Shown here one piece after another: positions 19,176-28,068 of a stretch of DNA of 64,000 nt. Below the pieces are notes generated by a model. It was not told the DNA's origin, made no database searches, and saw only the letters and a list, made by a program, of their open reading frames with translations. The position numbers and the translations under genes were made by a program. Origin of the DNA: Clostridia bacterium. GTDB lineage: Bacteria > Bacillota > Clostridia > Oscillospirales > QAMX01. The DNA is taken from NCBI GenBank assembly GCA_017441705.1, contig JAFRWU010000056.1:3768-67767 (forward strand), read 5' to 3'. Each line of letters opens with the position of its first letter. Position 1 is the first letter of the stretch.

Positions 19176-19234
19176 ACTGGCTTTTCCAGCACGTGCTGGT
19201 GAGCATATTATACTAATTAAGGGAGGATACCAAT

Positions 19235-19456
19235 ATGACCGAACGCGAAAAGCTGGCGCTGCTCGAAGACATGATGGAGCTGGATGAGGGCGACCTTACC
19301 GTGGACAAGGCTCTCGACGATATCGACGAGTACGATTCCATGGCGAAGCTTTCCCTGATCGTTCTCATGGAGGATGAATTCGGCGTGAAGCTGACCGGCG
19401 ACGTGATCAAGGGCTTTGAGACCGTCGGCGATATCGTGGCCTTGATGAATAAGTAA
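19235..19456 (+). CDS. Acyl carrier protein (copy 1)
   Basis: Acidic 73 aa, YDSM phosphopantetheine serine, EDEFGV...TVGD; GGAGG RBS. Confidence 0.93.
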   Translation: MTEREKLALLEDMMELDEGDLTVDKALDDIDEYDSMAKLSLIVLMEDEFGVKLTGDVIKGFETVGDIVALMNK

Positions 19457-19527
19457 ACAGGTTCAAAGCAGGGGAATCTCAAGAGTATCGAGGTTGTCCG
19501 CAATTGAGGAAAATGGAGGAAAGAAAA

Positions 19528-19749
19528 ATGACCGAACGCGAAAAACTGGCGCTGCTCGAAGACATGATGGAACTGGACGAAGGCGATCTTACCGTGGACA
19601 AGGCTCTCGACGATATCGACGAGTACGATTCCATGGCGAAGCTTTCCCTGATCGTTCTCATGGAGGATGAATTCGGCGTGAAGCTGACCGGCGACGTGAT
19701 CAAGGGTTTTGAGACCGTCGGCGACATCGTGGCTTTGATGAACAAGTAA
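19528..19749 (+). CDS. Acyl carrier protein (copy 2, identical protein)
   Basis: Same 73-aa sequence as copy 1; own GGAGG RBS. Confidence 0.93.
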   Translation: MTEREKLALLEDMMELDEGDLTVDKALDDIDEYDSMAKLSLIVLMEDEFGVKLTGDVIKGFETVGDIVALMNK

Positions 19750-20024
19750 ACGGAATTGCCCGGGACGATCGTCCGGGACCAATGCATATGCAGGCGTCCC
19801 GGGCGATTGCCCCGCGAAAAAAACAAAAGGAACAGGAAAGCGTGAAAGACGGCGCCGTATGAAAACGCGACCGATCCGGATGAGGATTCATGACGGAAAC
19901 GGATGGGGGGAGACGATGCGGCGCCATCGCAGCGAAACGGGACCGAATACGGTCTTATTCGGATCCTGTTATGCGGCATTCTTTGCGTCAGGCATTAAGA
20001 TTTCAGGAAAGGAGGAGTTATACC

Positions 20025-21386
20025 GTGCTGTTGATCACGATCGGGGTCGTTTTTCTGCTGTTCGTCGTCTCTTACCTGATCTTTGACAAGGACTTGCTTG
20101 CCCCGCCGACCGTTGTTGCGTTGACTTTTTTGTTTGGCTGCTTATGCTGCCTCTATAATGAGAATACATGGGGATTGAATTTTTCTCTTGATTCCATGGA
20201 ATTGATTTCAGCGGGGATCGTTGCGACCATGCTCGGCGGTATCGTAGGGGTTATCCTGTCAAACCGCCCCAAATTGACCACGTATTCCTTCTTTCACGGG
20301 ATCAGCAAGCCTGAAGAAATAGAGGTGCATCCCCTCAAAACGTGGATTGTCATCGCTTTCCAGCTGGTGACGGTCGTTCTGGTCTTCAATCATATCTGCA
20401 GGGTGACCGGGTATTCGAGCTGGGGTCTCGCGGTTGCAAAGTACAAGCTTATAACCGGATATCAGGCGGACGTAAACGATACTTCCACGTATATGTCTTT
20501 CCTGACCAGAAATATGAATGAAGCCAGCAGATTGATTGCCTTTGTGTATGCGTATATTATCGGAAACAATCTGGTGGCGTCCAAAAAGAAAATATCGATA
20601 AACTGGATCCCCGTCGTTGTGTACACGATCCTGTCCTTTATGCAGGGGGGGAGAGCGAATCTTGTCCGGTTATGGCTGGTGGTTTTGATCACAGCGTATA
20701 CGGTCCATAAGAGATCGGTTGGATGGGTGAACAACAAGGCGACCAAAAGAGTGATAAGAATAATAGCCTTATCGGTTATTGCGGTAGGGATCCTCTTTTC
20801 GGGAGTAAGAGGAATAGTAGGGAGGACGGCGGATTCAAATCTGCTTGACTACGTGACTTTTTACGCCGGCTCGCCGATTGCGGTACTCAATCAGGTTTGG
20901 GAAGCTCCCGTCACGCAGCCGGCTGTTTTTGGTGAAAGGATACTGTATTATTTCAATCAAACGACGAGAGTGCTGTTCGGCGTCCCGGAACGGTATACGT
21001 TTTATTACAGATATATGCAAAGCCCGAACGGATCTCATATCGGGAATGCGCCGACGGCGTTCAGACCCGCCTTTGTTGAATTTGGCCCCGTGGGCTTCCT
21101 GCTGTTTTTCATTGCGTGCGGCGCTTTCTTTACGTACCTGTATTGCAAGTGCAGACAAAAGAGAGGAAACTCTTCGTTTGATTTCAGGCTTTTGGTCTAT
21201 TCCTATATTTCCTACACCTTCATGATGTATTTTTATTCAACGTTCTTTGACTTTTTATCGCATCTCTTTATCAAGTATCTGATTGAAATGTACCTGATTA
21301 AGTGGTTCCTGGTCGGGTGGCAGATAAAACCCGATATACGCGTATTAGTGAGCAAACGAACAAGAAGCTCGAACCAATTCCTTTAG
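20025..21386 (+). CDS. wzy: Wzy oligosaccharide repeat-unit polymerase
   Basis: ~10-11 TM helices, GGR, Y.GSPI..L and GN..T.F.P...EFG motifs; GTG start with AGGAGG. Confidence 0.82.
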   Translation: MLLITIGVVFLLFVVSYLIFDKDLLAPPTVVALTFLFGCLCCLYNENTWGLNFSLDSMELISAGIVATMLGGIVGVILSNRPKLTTYSFFHGISKPEEIEVHPLKTWIVIAFQLVTVVLVFNHICRVTGYSSWGLAVAKYKLITGYQADVNDTSTYMSFLTRNMNEASRLIAFVYAYIIGNNLVASKKKISINWIPVVVYTILSFMQGGRANLVRLWLVVLITAYTVHKRSVGWVNNKATKRVIRIIALSVIAVGILFSGVRGIVGRTADSNLLDYVTFYAGSPIAVLNQVWEAPVTQPAVFGERILYYFNQTTRVLFGVPERYTFYYRYMQSPNGSHIGNAPTAFRPAFVEFGPVGFLLFFIACGAFFTYLYCKCRQKRGNSSFDFRLLVYSYISYTFMMYFYSTFFDFLSHLFIKYLIEMYLIKWFLVGWQIKPDIRVLVSKRTRSSNQFL

Positions 21387-21431
21387 TGTATTCGATCGGC
21401 TGAATCCAGATATACGGGAGGTATAAACCGA

Positions 21432-22982
21432 ATGGACCAAAAGTGGAAAGACGCTGTTGAAAAGCTGATTCAAAAAAGAGAAACAGTTTTGGCGGCAGGC
21501 GGTTCGGAACGTATCGCAAAACAGCATTCATCGGGTAAGCTGACCGCAAGAGAACGCATGGAAGCTCTTTTTGATGACGGTACGTTTGTGGAAATCGACG
21601 GCATGATTACGTCTCGCGCGGTGGATTTCGGCATGGACAAGAAAAAACGTCCCGGCGACGGCGTGGTCACAGGCTATGGCCGCATCCATGGCAGAGTTGC
21701 ATTTGCATCGTCTCAGGACTTTACTGTCGGAGGCGGATCTTTGGGAGAGGCTCAGGCCATGAGGATCTGCCGGGCCATGGATAAGGCAATGGAGATGAAG
21801 GTGCCGTTCATTTCCATCAATGACAGCGGCGGAGCAAGGATCGAAGAGGGCATTGACGGCTTGTCCGGCTACGCCGATATTTTCTATCGCAATACCATTG
21901 CTTCCGGCGTGATCCCGCAGATTTCGGTTATTCTCGGCCCCTGCGCGGGGGGCGCCTGTTATTCTCCCGCCATTACCGACTATATCTTTATGACGGAAAA
22001 GAACAGCCAGATGTATATTACCGGCCCGGCTGTTGTGAAGTCCGTAACGGGAGAGGTCATTTCAACTTCCGACCTTGGCGGCGCCGGAGTTCACAGTTCT
22101 GTGTCGGGCGTATCTCATTTCGTATATCCTGACGATCTCTCCTGCCTGAATGGAGTGCGTCAGCTTCTTGGTTATCTGCCGCAGAACAACGAAGAGATGC
22201 CGATGACTGTAAAAGGACATGCGATCGACGGAAGCGCGGCTCTGTCCGGGATTGTACCGGTGGATTCCAAAAAGCCGTACGACGTCAGAAGCGTGATCAA
22301 CGCGTTCGTTGATCAGAACAGCTTTTTTGAAGTGCAGCCGGATTTTGCCCGGAATCTTGTGGTGGGTTTCGCAAGACTGGACGGAGATACGGTCGGTATT
22401 GTGGCCAATCAGAGCCAGGTTATGGCAGGCTCGCTTGAAATCAACGCTTCTGACAAAGGCGCGCGGTTTATTCGATTCTGCGATTGCTTTAACATCCCGC
22501 TTCTTACCCTCGTAGATGTTCCGGCTTTCCTGCCCGGCAGTCAGCAGGAGCATGGCGGAATCATCCGGCACGGTGCGAAGCTGCTTTTTGCGTACTCTGA
22601 AGCGACGGTGCCGAAGGTGGGGCTTATTATGCGAAAGGCATATGGCGGCGCCTACATTGCCATGAACAGCAAAGGGACCGGTGCGGACGTGGTATACGCA
22701 TGGCCTATCGCCGAGATAGCGGTTATGGGGGCCAGCGGCGCGGTGTCCATTATCGGGAAAAAGGAAATCGAAAAGGCGGATAATCCGGCGGAGAAGAGGG
22801 AAGAGCTGCTGGATGCTTACAACAATAAGTTCATGAATCCATATATCGCCGCAGAGCGGGGGTATGTGGATGAAGTTATCCTGCCGGAAGAGACAAGAGA
22901 AAAAATAGCGGCTGCTTTCAAAATGCTCAAGACGAAGAAACGGTCGCTTCCGCGTAAAAAACATGGGAATATCCCGCTGTAA
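21432..22982 (+). CDS. Acyl-CoA carboxyltransferase subunit (PccB/MmdA/transcarboxylase 12S-like)
   Basis: GKLTARER, DSGGARIEEG, GPCAGGA.YSPA, IIRHGAKLL, RKAYGGAY, C-terminal KKHGNIPL. Confidence 0.95.
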   Translation: MDQKWKDAVEKLIQKRETVLAAGGSERIAKQHSSGKLTARERMEALFDDGTFVEIDGMITSRAVDFGMDKKKRPGDGVVTGYGRIHGRVAFASSQDFTVGGGSLGEAQAMRICRAMDKAMEMKVPFISINDSGGARIEEGIDGLSGYADIFYRNTIASGVIPQISVILGPCAGGACYSPAITDYIFMTEKNSQMYITGPAVVKSVTGEVISTSDLGGAGVHSSVSGVSHFVYPDDLSCLNGVRQLLGYLPQNNEEMPMTVKGHAIDGSAALSGIVPVDSKKPYDVRSVINAFVDQNSFFEVQPDFARNLVVGFARLDGDTVGIVANQSQVMAGSLEINASDKGARFIRFCDCFNIPLLTLVDVPAFLPGSQQEHGGIIRHGAKLLFAYSEATVPKVGLIMRKAYGGAYIAMNSKGTGADVVYAWPIAEIAVMGASGAVSIIGKKEIEKADNPAEKREELLDAYNNKFMNPYIAAERGYVDEVILPEETREKIAAAFKMLKTKKRSLPRKKHGNIPL

Positions 22983-22996
22983 TGCCGGAGGGGAAC

Positions 22997-23176
22997 ATGG
23001 AGACAGAAAAGATTCTTGCGATGGCCGTCGCTGCAGCGGCGGAAGAAAACGGAGTCGAGCCTAAGAGGATCATTGTCCGGTCCTTTCGGGAGATCCATAA
23101 GAGCAGTCTGGAAAAGTTTATTGCGGACAATCACATCACCTATCACAAATATCAATTGGAGGATTCGAGAGCATGA
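22997..23176 (+). CDS. Small accessory subunit of the carboxyltransferase complex (OadG/MmdD/epsilon-like, no TM anchor)
   Basis: 59 aa, ILAMAVAAAAEE...IIVRSFREI; GGAGGGG RBS; position between CT and biotin carrier; ATGA overlap with next gene. Confidence 0.6.
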   Translation: METEKILAMAVAAAAEENGVEPKRIIVRSFREIHKSSLEKFIADNHITYHKYQLEDSRA

Positions 23177-23565
23177 GTAAGTATCGTATCATAATGGATG
23201 GAAAGACGTACGAAATGGAGATCGAGCTCATCGATGAAAACGGCGCCGAACAGCCCGTAATCAGGAAAGAGCAAAAAGAAATCAAAAGTGCTCCGAAGGC
23301 TCCCGCAGTAACCGCGGCCGCTCCCCTTGAGCAGAAACAGGCCGCGACCGGCACGGGGGCGGTTCTTGCTCCGATGCCCGGAACCGTCATTAAGATTGAG
23401 AAGAATAAAGGAGAGCCCGTAAAGTCCGGAGAAGTTGTCCTGATTCTTGAAGCAATGAAGATGGAAAACGAGATCCTGGCGCCCGCCGACGGTACGATCA
23501 CGGCAATGAACTGTGTTGCCGGCGGGACCGTTGCCGGCGGGGATGTATTGTTCGAGGTCAAGTGA
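23173..23565 (+). CDS. Biotin carboxyl carrier protein (1.3S/MmdC-like)
   Basis: APMPG, EAMKMENEI biotinylation motif, Ala/Pro-rich linker. Confidence 0.95.
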   Translation: MSKYRIIMDGKTYEMEIELIDENGAEQPVIRKEQKEIKSAPKAPAVTAAAPLEQKQAATGTGAVLAPMPGTVIKIEKNKGEPVKSGEVVLILEAMKMENEILAPADGTITAMNCVAGGTVAGGDVLFEVK

Positions 23566-23575
23566 GGATCCTTTG

Positions 23576-24976
23576 ATGAGTGAACTTTTTGAGAGTAAAA
23601 AGCCTCTGCGGATTACGGATACGATATTGCGCGACGCACACCAGTCTCAGGCCGCGACTCGTATGAGGATTGAGGATATGCTCCCTGTCTGCGAGGTGCT
23701 GGACAGCATCGGCTACTGGTCTGTTGAATGCTGGGGAGGGGCGACCTTTGATTCCTGCATGCGTTTTCTTCACGAGGATCCGTGGGAGAGGCTGAGGAAA
23801 CTGAGGAAAGCTTTGCCGAACACAAGGCTTCAGATGCTTCTTCGCGGGCAGAATCTTCTTGGATACCGCCACTATGCGGATGATATGGTGGATGCCTTCT
23901 GCCGGAAATCGATCGAAAACGGTATCGACGTCGTACGTATATTCGACGCTTTGAACGACGTCCGCAATATGGAAGCGTCCATGAAAGCCGTAAAGAAGTA
24001 CGGCGGGATGGTTGAAGCGGCCATGAGCTATACAACCAGTCCTGTCCACAGTGAGGAATACTTTGTGGACAAGGCTGTTGTGCTGGAACAGATGGGTGCG
24101 GATACGATTTGCATCAAGGACATGGCCAACCTTCTTCTGCCGGTAAATGCATACAGCCTGGTGAAAAGGCTGAAAGAGCGAGTGTCTATTCCGATCCACT
24201 TGCATACACACAATACGACGGGCACCGGCTCTATGGTGTATCTCATGGCTGCCATGGCCGGAGTGGATATCATCGACTGTGCTTTGTCGCCCTTCGCCAA
24301 CGGCACTTCTCAACCCGCCACGGAGTCGGTTGTTGCGACTCTGAAAGGAACGGAGAGGGACACCGGCCTTGATCTGATGAGGCTCAACGAGGCGGCCGTT
24401 CATTTCAAAGGCGTAGCTGCCAGGATGGAGAAGGAGGGGACGATCAGTTCCAAGGTTCTCCGGGTCGATCCGAATACTCTTCTCTATCAGGTGCCCGGCG
24501 GGATGCTTTCCAACCTGCTGTCTCAGCTCAAGCAGGCGAAAGCAGAGGAACGGCTGGACGAGGTGCTGGCAGAGGTGCCGCGAGTGAGAGCCGATTTCGG
24601 CTTTCCTCCGTTGGTGACTCCGACAAGTCAGATAGTAGGTACGCAGGCGGTGCTGAATACTCTGATGGGACGCTACAAGAGCTTTACAAAAGAATCGAAA
24701 GCTCTTCTGCGCGGGGAGTATGGCGAGCTGCCGGGTAAGGTGAACGATACGGTCCGGAGGATGGCGATCGGGGACGATACGGTGATCCGCTGCCGCCCCG
24801 CGGATCTTCTGGAACCTGAGTTGGACAAAATAAAAGCACAGTACGGCGATATGGCAAAGACCGAAGAAGATTTGCTGAGTTGTGCTATGTTCCCGCAGGT
24901 CGCGCCGGACTTCATCAAAAAGCGGGACGGCCTGGACGTTCATGAGATTTTTGTGGAATGGGTCGGGAATTCCTGA
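23576..24976 (+). CDS. Pyruvate/oxaloacetate carboxyltransferase (OadA/transcarboxylase 5S-like, no fused biotin domain)
   Basis: LRDAHQS, WGGATFD, QMLLRGQN, IKDMA, HTH metal motif, QVPGGMLSN, PPLVTPTSQIVG. Confidence 0.93.
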   Translation: MSELFESKKPLRITDTILRDAHQSQAATRMRIEDMLPVCEVLDSIGYWSVECWGGATFDSCMRFLHEDPWERLRKLRKALPNTRLQMLLRGQNLLGYRHYADDMVDAFCRKSIENGIDVVRIFDALNDVRNMEASMKAVKKYGGMVEAAMSYTTSPVHSEEYFVDKAVVLEQMGADTICIKDMANLLLPVNAYSLVKRLKERVSIPIHLHTHNTTGTGSMVYLMAAMAGVDIIDCALSPFANGTSQPATESVVATLKGTERDTGLDLMRLNEAAVHFKGVAARMEKEGTISSKVLRVDPNTLLYQVPGGMLSNLLSQLKQAKAEERLDEVLAEVPRVRADFGFPPLVTPTSQIVGTQAVLNTLMGRYKSFTKESKALLRGEYGELPGKVNDTVRRMAIGDDTVIRCRPADLLEPELDKIKAQYGDMAKTEEDLLSCAMFPQVAPDFIKKRDGLDVHEIFVEWVGNS

Positions 24977-24994
24977 CAGAGAAAGGCGATTGCG

Positions 24995-26080
24995 ATGGCT
25001 TTTTTTCATTTCGATTCTGTACGTATTGCCGGAGTAGCCTCTGCTGTTCCTACAAAAAGAGTAAAAGTTGAGAGCTTTACAGAGAGATTCGGACAGGATA
25101 CCGTCGAAAGATTTTCCAAAATGACGGGAGTGAAGGAGTTCAGGCAGACTCTGGAACACCAAACGGCTTCAGATCTTGGTTTCGCGGCAGCGGAGCAGCT
25201 GCTCCGGACAAAGCAGGTCTGCCGGGATGAGATTGGCGCGTTGATTTTTATCGCGCACAGCGTCGATTACCGGAGGCCGGCAACTGCCTGCGTACTGCAT
25301 AAAAGACTTGGACTCTCAAAGGACTGCGCGGCTTTTGATATTGGTCTGGGCTGTTCTGCAACGGTTTACGGTCTGCAGGCAGCAGGTTCGATGATGGCGA
25401 ATTCCGATATATCCAAGGCGTTGCTGATAACGGGAGAAAGCCTGACAAAGATGGTCAATCCCGGCGATAAATCCGTAGCCATGCTGTTCGGCGACGGAGG
25501 ATCGGCGATCCTGCTGGAGAAGCAAAAGGATTCTCCGATGGATATTCTTCTGCGGACCGATGGCAACGGTTATAACGCTATTATTGCACCGGCCGGCGGA
25601 TACAGAAATATGGATGCCCCGCGTCAGGACGCAGTCTGGCCGGACGGCAATATCAGAAACCTGTACAACACCTATATGAACGGGACGGACGTGTTCAGCT
25701 TTACGATCACCGAGGTGCCGGCTGCAATCAGGGACTTCGTTGAAAAAACCGGCGTTGGAATTGATGAATATGATTGCTTTGCTTTTCATCAGGCCAATCA
25801 GTATATCTCGAAGCAGTTAGCCAAGAAATTCAAGATCCCTATGGAGAAGATGCCGTTATGCCTTGACCGTTATGGGAATACGTCGGCTCCGGCCGCGACA
25901 ATGGCACTGTGTGATCGTTACGGAGAGGAAAGCGGTTCAGAGATCAAGACCATGTTTTGCTGTTTTGGCGTAGGCTTGTCCTGGGGGGTTGCTTCTGCTG
26001 CAATCAACACGGAGGACATCCTTCCGATCATTGAAACGGATGAGATCTTTGAAGAAGGGATCATCAACGAACCGTTTTGA
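24995..26080 (+). CDS. Ketoacyl-ACP synthase III family (2)
   Basis: DIGLGCS, FHQAN, YGNTS triad; FGDGG; FGVGLSWG. Confidence 0.93.
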   Translation: MAFFHFDSVRIAGVASAVPTKRVKVESFTERFGQDTVERFSKMTGVKEFRQTLEHQTASDLGFAAAEQLLRTKQVCRDEIGALIFIAHSVDYRRPATACVLHKRLGLSKDCAAFDIGLGCSATVYGLQAAGSMMANSDISKALLITGESLTKMVNPGDKSVAMLFGDGGSAILLEKQKDSPMDILLRTDGNGYNAIIAPAGGYRNMDAPRQDAVWPDGNIRNLYNTYMNGTDVFSFTITEVPAAIRDFVEKTGVGIDEYDCFAFHQANQYISKQLAKKFKIPMEKMPLCLDRYGNTSAPAATMALCDRYGEESGSEIKTMFCCFGVGLSWGVASAAINTEDILPIIETDEIFEEGIINEPF

Positions 26081-26091
26081 GGAGAAGTGGT

Positions 26092-26844
26092 ATGATTCAG
26101 TATAATTTTACCGGAAAGCGGATATTGGTGACGGGAGCGTCGTCCGGGATAGGGGCCGCTGTCACCAGGACCCTCGCCGACGCGGGGGCGGAAGTGATTA
26201 TGGTCGCAAAAAATGCCGAGAAGCTGGCTTCAGCAGCGGAATCGTTGGGCGTTAAGGCGTTTTACCCCATCGACTTATCGGACGTCGCGAGCCTTGGCGC
26301 GCAGGTAGAAGCGATCATAAAAGAGCGCGGCCCTCTTGACGGCTTCGTTCACAGCGCGGGGATCGGAACAGTACGTCCGATTAAAATGTGCACCTATGAT
26401 TATATGAAGCAGATGATGGATATCAATTTCTTCTCTTTCATTGAAATCATCCGGGTGATCACGAAGAAGAAAAACTTCAATGAGGGCATGGGCATCGTCG
26501 GAATCTCTTCCGTGGCCGCAGAGGAGGGGAATCAAAGCAAGACGGGTTACTGCGCTTCAAAAGCCGCGATGAATGGAGCGATCAGATGCCTGGCGAAGGA
26601 ACTGGCGCCCAAGAAGATCCGGGTGAATGCCGTGATGCCGGGAATCACGAGAACGGCAATCTTTGATCAGATCATGGACAACGGCGGAGACTCGGACGAC
26701 CTGAAGGGGATCCTTCAGAGACAGTATCTGGGCGTCTGCGAGCCGGATAATATCGCGAATACAGTGGCGTTTCTTCTGTCAGAGGAATCAAACTTCATCA
26801 CCGGGTCTGCCGTCGCGGTGGATTCGGGAAGGCTGTCGTCCTAA
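26092..26844 (+). CDS. SDR ketoreductase, FabG-like (2)
   Basis: TGASSGIG, HSAG, YCASK, IRVNAVMPG. Confidence 0.9.
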   Translation: MIQYNFTGKRILVTGASSGIGAAVTRTLADAGAEVIMVAKNAEKLASAAESLGVKAFYPIDLSDVASLGAQVEAIIKERGPLDGFVHSAGIGTVRPIKMCTYDYMKQMMDINFFSFIEIIRVITKKKNFNEGMGIVGISSVAAEEGNQSKTGYCASKAAMNGAIRCLAKELAPKKIRVNAVMPGITRTAIFDQIMDNGGDSDDLKGILQRQYLGVCEPDNIANTVAFLLSEESNFITGSAVAVDSGRLSS

Positions 26845-26867
26845 TACGGGGTAACGGGAGAAAAGAC

Positions 26868-28055
26868 ATGGATAAGATCATCACGCTTGCCGAAAAAGAA
26901 CGGTGTACCGGCTGCGGCGCCTGTAAAGAAACCTGTCCCAAAGGGGCGATTTCTTTTTTGCCGGATCAGGAAGGGTTTCCTTCGCCGGTGATCGACGACG
27001 AAAAATGCATTCGGTGCGGAATGTGTGAAAAGGCTTGTCCCGCTTTGCATTTGCCGGAAACGCACGCCATACAGGCGGCCTATGCCGCACAGATCAACGA
27101 TGAAGCTGCCCTCAAGGACAGCACGTCGGGCGGTCTGTTTACCGCTTTCGCGCGCGAAGCGTTCCGCCGCGACGGCGTTGTCTATGGCTGCGTATGGGAC
27201 GACGAGTATCATGCCGTGATCCGCAAAGCGGAGAACGAAGAAGAGATCAAGCCTATGCGCGGTTCCAAGTACGTCTGGAGCTGGGCGGGCGACGCCTTCC
27301 CGGAAATCAAAGCGTATCTGGAGAGCGGACGGACGGTGCTGTTTACCGGACTGCCCTGTCAGGCGGCCGGCCTGAAAAGCTATCTGAAAAAGGATTATGA
27401 TAATCTGCTGCTGGTCGATTGCCTCTGCAGCGGTGCGCCGAGCCCTATGGCGTTGGATTTGTATCTGGATACGATTTGCAAAAAAGAGGATCGAAAAAAT
27501 CTGAACCTGAAGTTCAGAGATAAAGATCCTTACGGCGTCGGCGTGCATATCACGTATACCGGCAAGAAAAAGAGAATCAAAAAGGGAGAACACATCAGGA
27601 ATCCCTACTATTGGAGCTTCTATACGCGGCTGGTAGATCGCGAGTCCTGTTATCAGTGCCCTTACGGTTCCGGCGATCGGGTTTCGGATATCACCATAGG
27701 GGATTTTTGGGGTATTTCAGAGTATCATCAGGAATTCAAGGTGCGGGACGGCGTCAGCGCGCTGTTAGTCAATTCAGACAAGGGAAAACAGTTCCTTGCC
27801 GGGCTTACACCGGGATTAAACCTGTCTGAAACAGACCCAATGAACATAGCCAAAGAAAACAACCTTTTTATCGGAAACAGGAAGAGAAACATTCATAAAC
27901 CCCTTAATCGCGCAGACTTTTTTTCCGTACTCAAGGAAAAGGGCTGGAAAGCTGCGGAACGCAGGTTCCTGTTTACAAAGGGCAGGATGCTCCGGATGGT
28001 TTATACGGCCCTTCCGGCACGCGGTGCAAAATTGATACGAAAAATCGTGCGGTAA
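26868..28055 (+). CDS. FrhB-like (F420 hydrogenase beta C-terminal domain) Fe-S protein with N-terminal 2x[4Fe-4S]
   Basis: CTGCGACKETCP, CIRCGMCEKACP, STSGG, GSKYV, FTGLPCQ, RESCYQC, SDITIGDFWG. Confidence 0.88.
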   Translation: MDKIITLAEKERCTGCGACKETCPKGAISFLPDQEGFPSPVIDDEKCIRCGMCEKACPALHLPETHAIQAAYAAQINDEAALKDSTSGGLFTAFAREAFRRDGVVYGCVWDDEYHAVIRKAENEEEIKPMRGSKYVWSWAGDAFPEIKAYLESGRTVLFTGLPCQAAGLKSYLKKDYDNLLLVDCLCSGAPSPMALDLYLDTICKKEDRKNLNLKFRDKDPYGVGVHITYTGKKKRIKKGEHIRNPYYWSFYTRLVDRESCYQCPYGSGDRVSDITIGDFWGISEYHQEFKVRDGVSALLVNSDKGKQFLAGLTPGLNLSETDPMNIAKENNLFIGNRKRNIHKPLNRADFFSVLKEKGWKAAERRFLFTKGRMLRMVYTALPARGAKLIRKIVR

Positions 28056-28068
28056 AGAGGTGTCGTTC

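Noticed and set aside
21432-24976. Na+-translocating oxaloacetate or methylmalonyl-CoA decarboxylase
   Set aside because: No membrane beta subunit, and the small subunit has no TM helix
15693-26844. Reading the fab-like genes as the housekeeping FASII operon
   Set aside because: No fabZ, fabF, fabK/fabI, plsX or accABCD; divergent KAS III and ACP sequences interleaved with wzx/wzy. Cannot be fully excluded without the whole genome
26868-28055. Evidence for F420 or methanogen-type metabolism
   Set aside because: FrhB-like domain proteins are common in bacterial polysaccharide loci; no hydrogenase or F420 genes here
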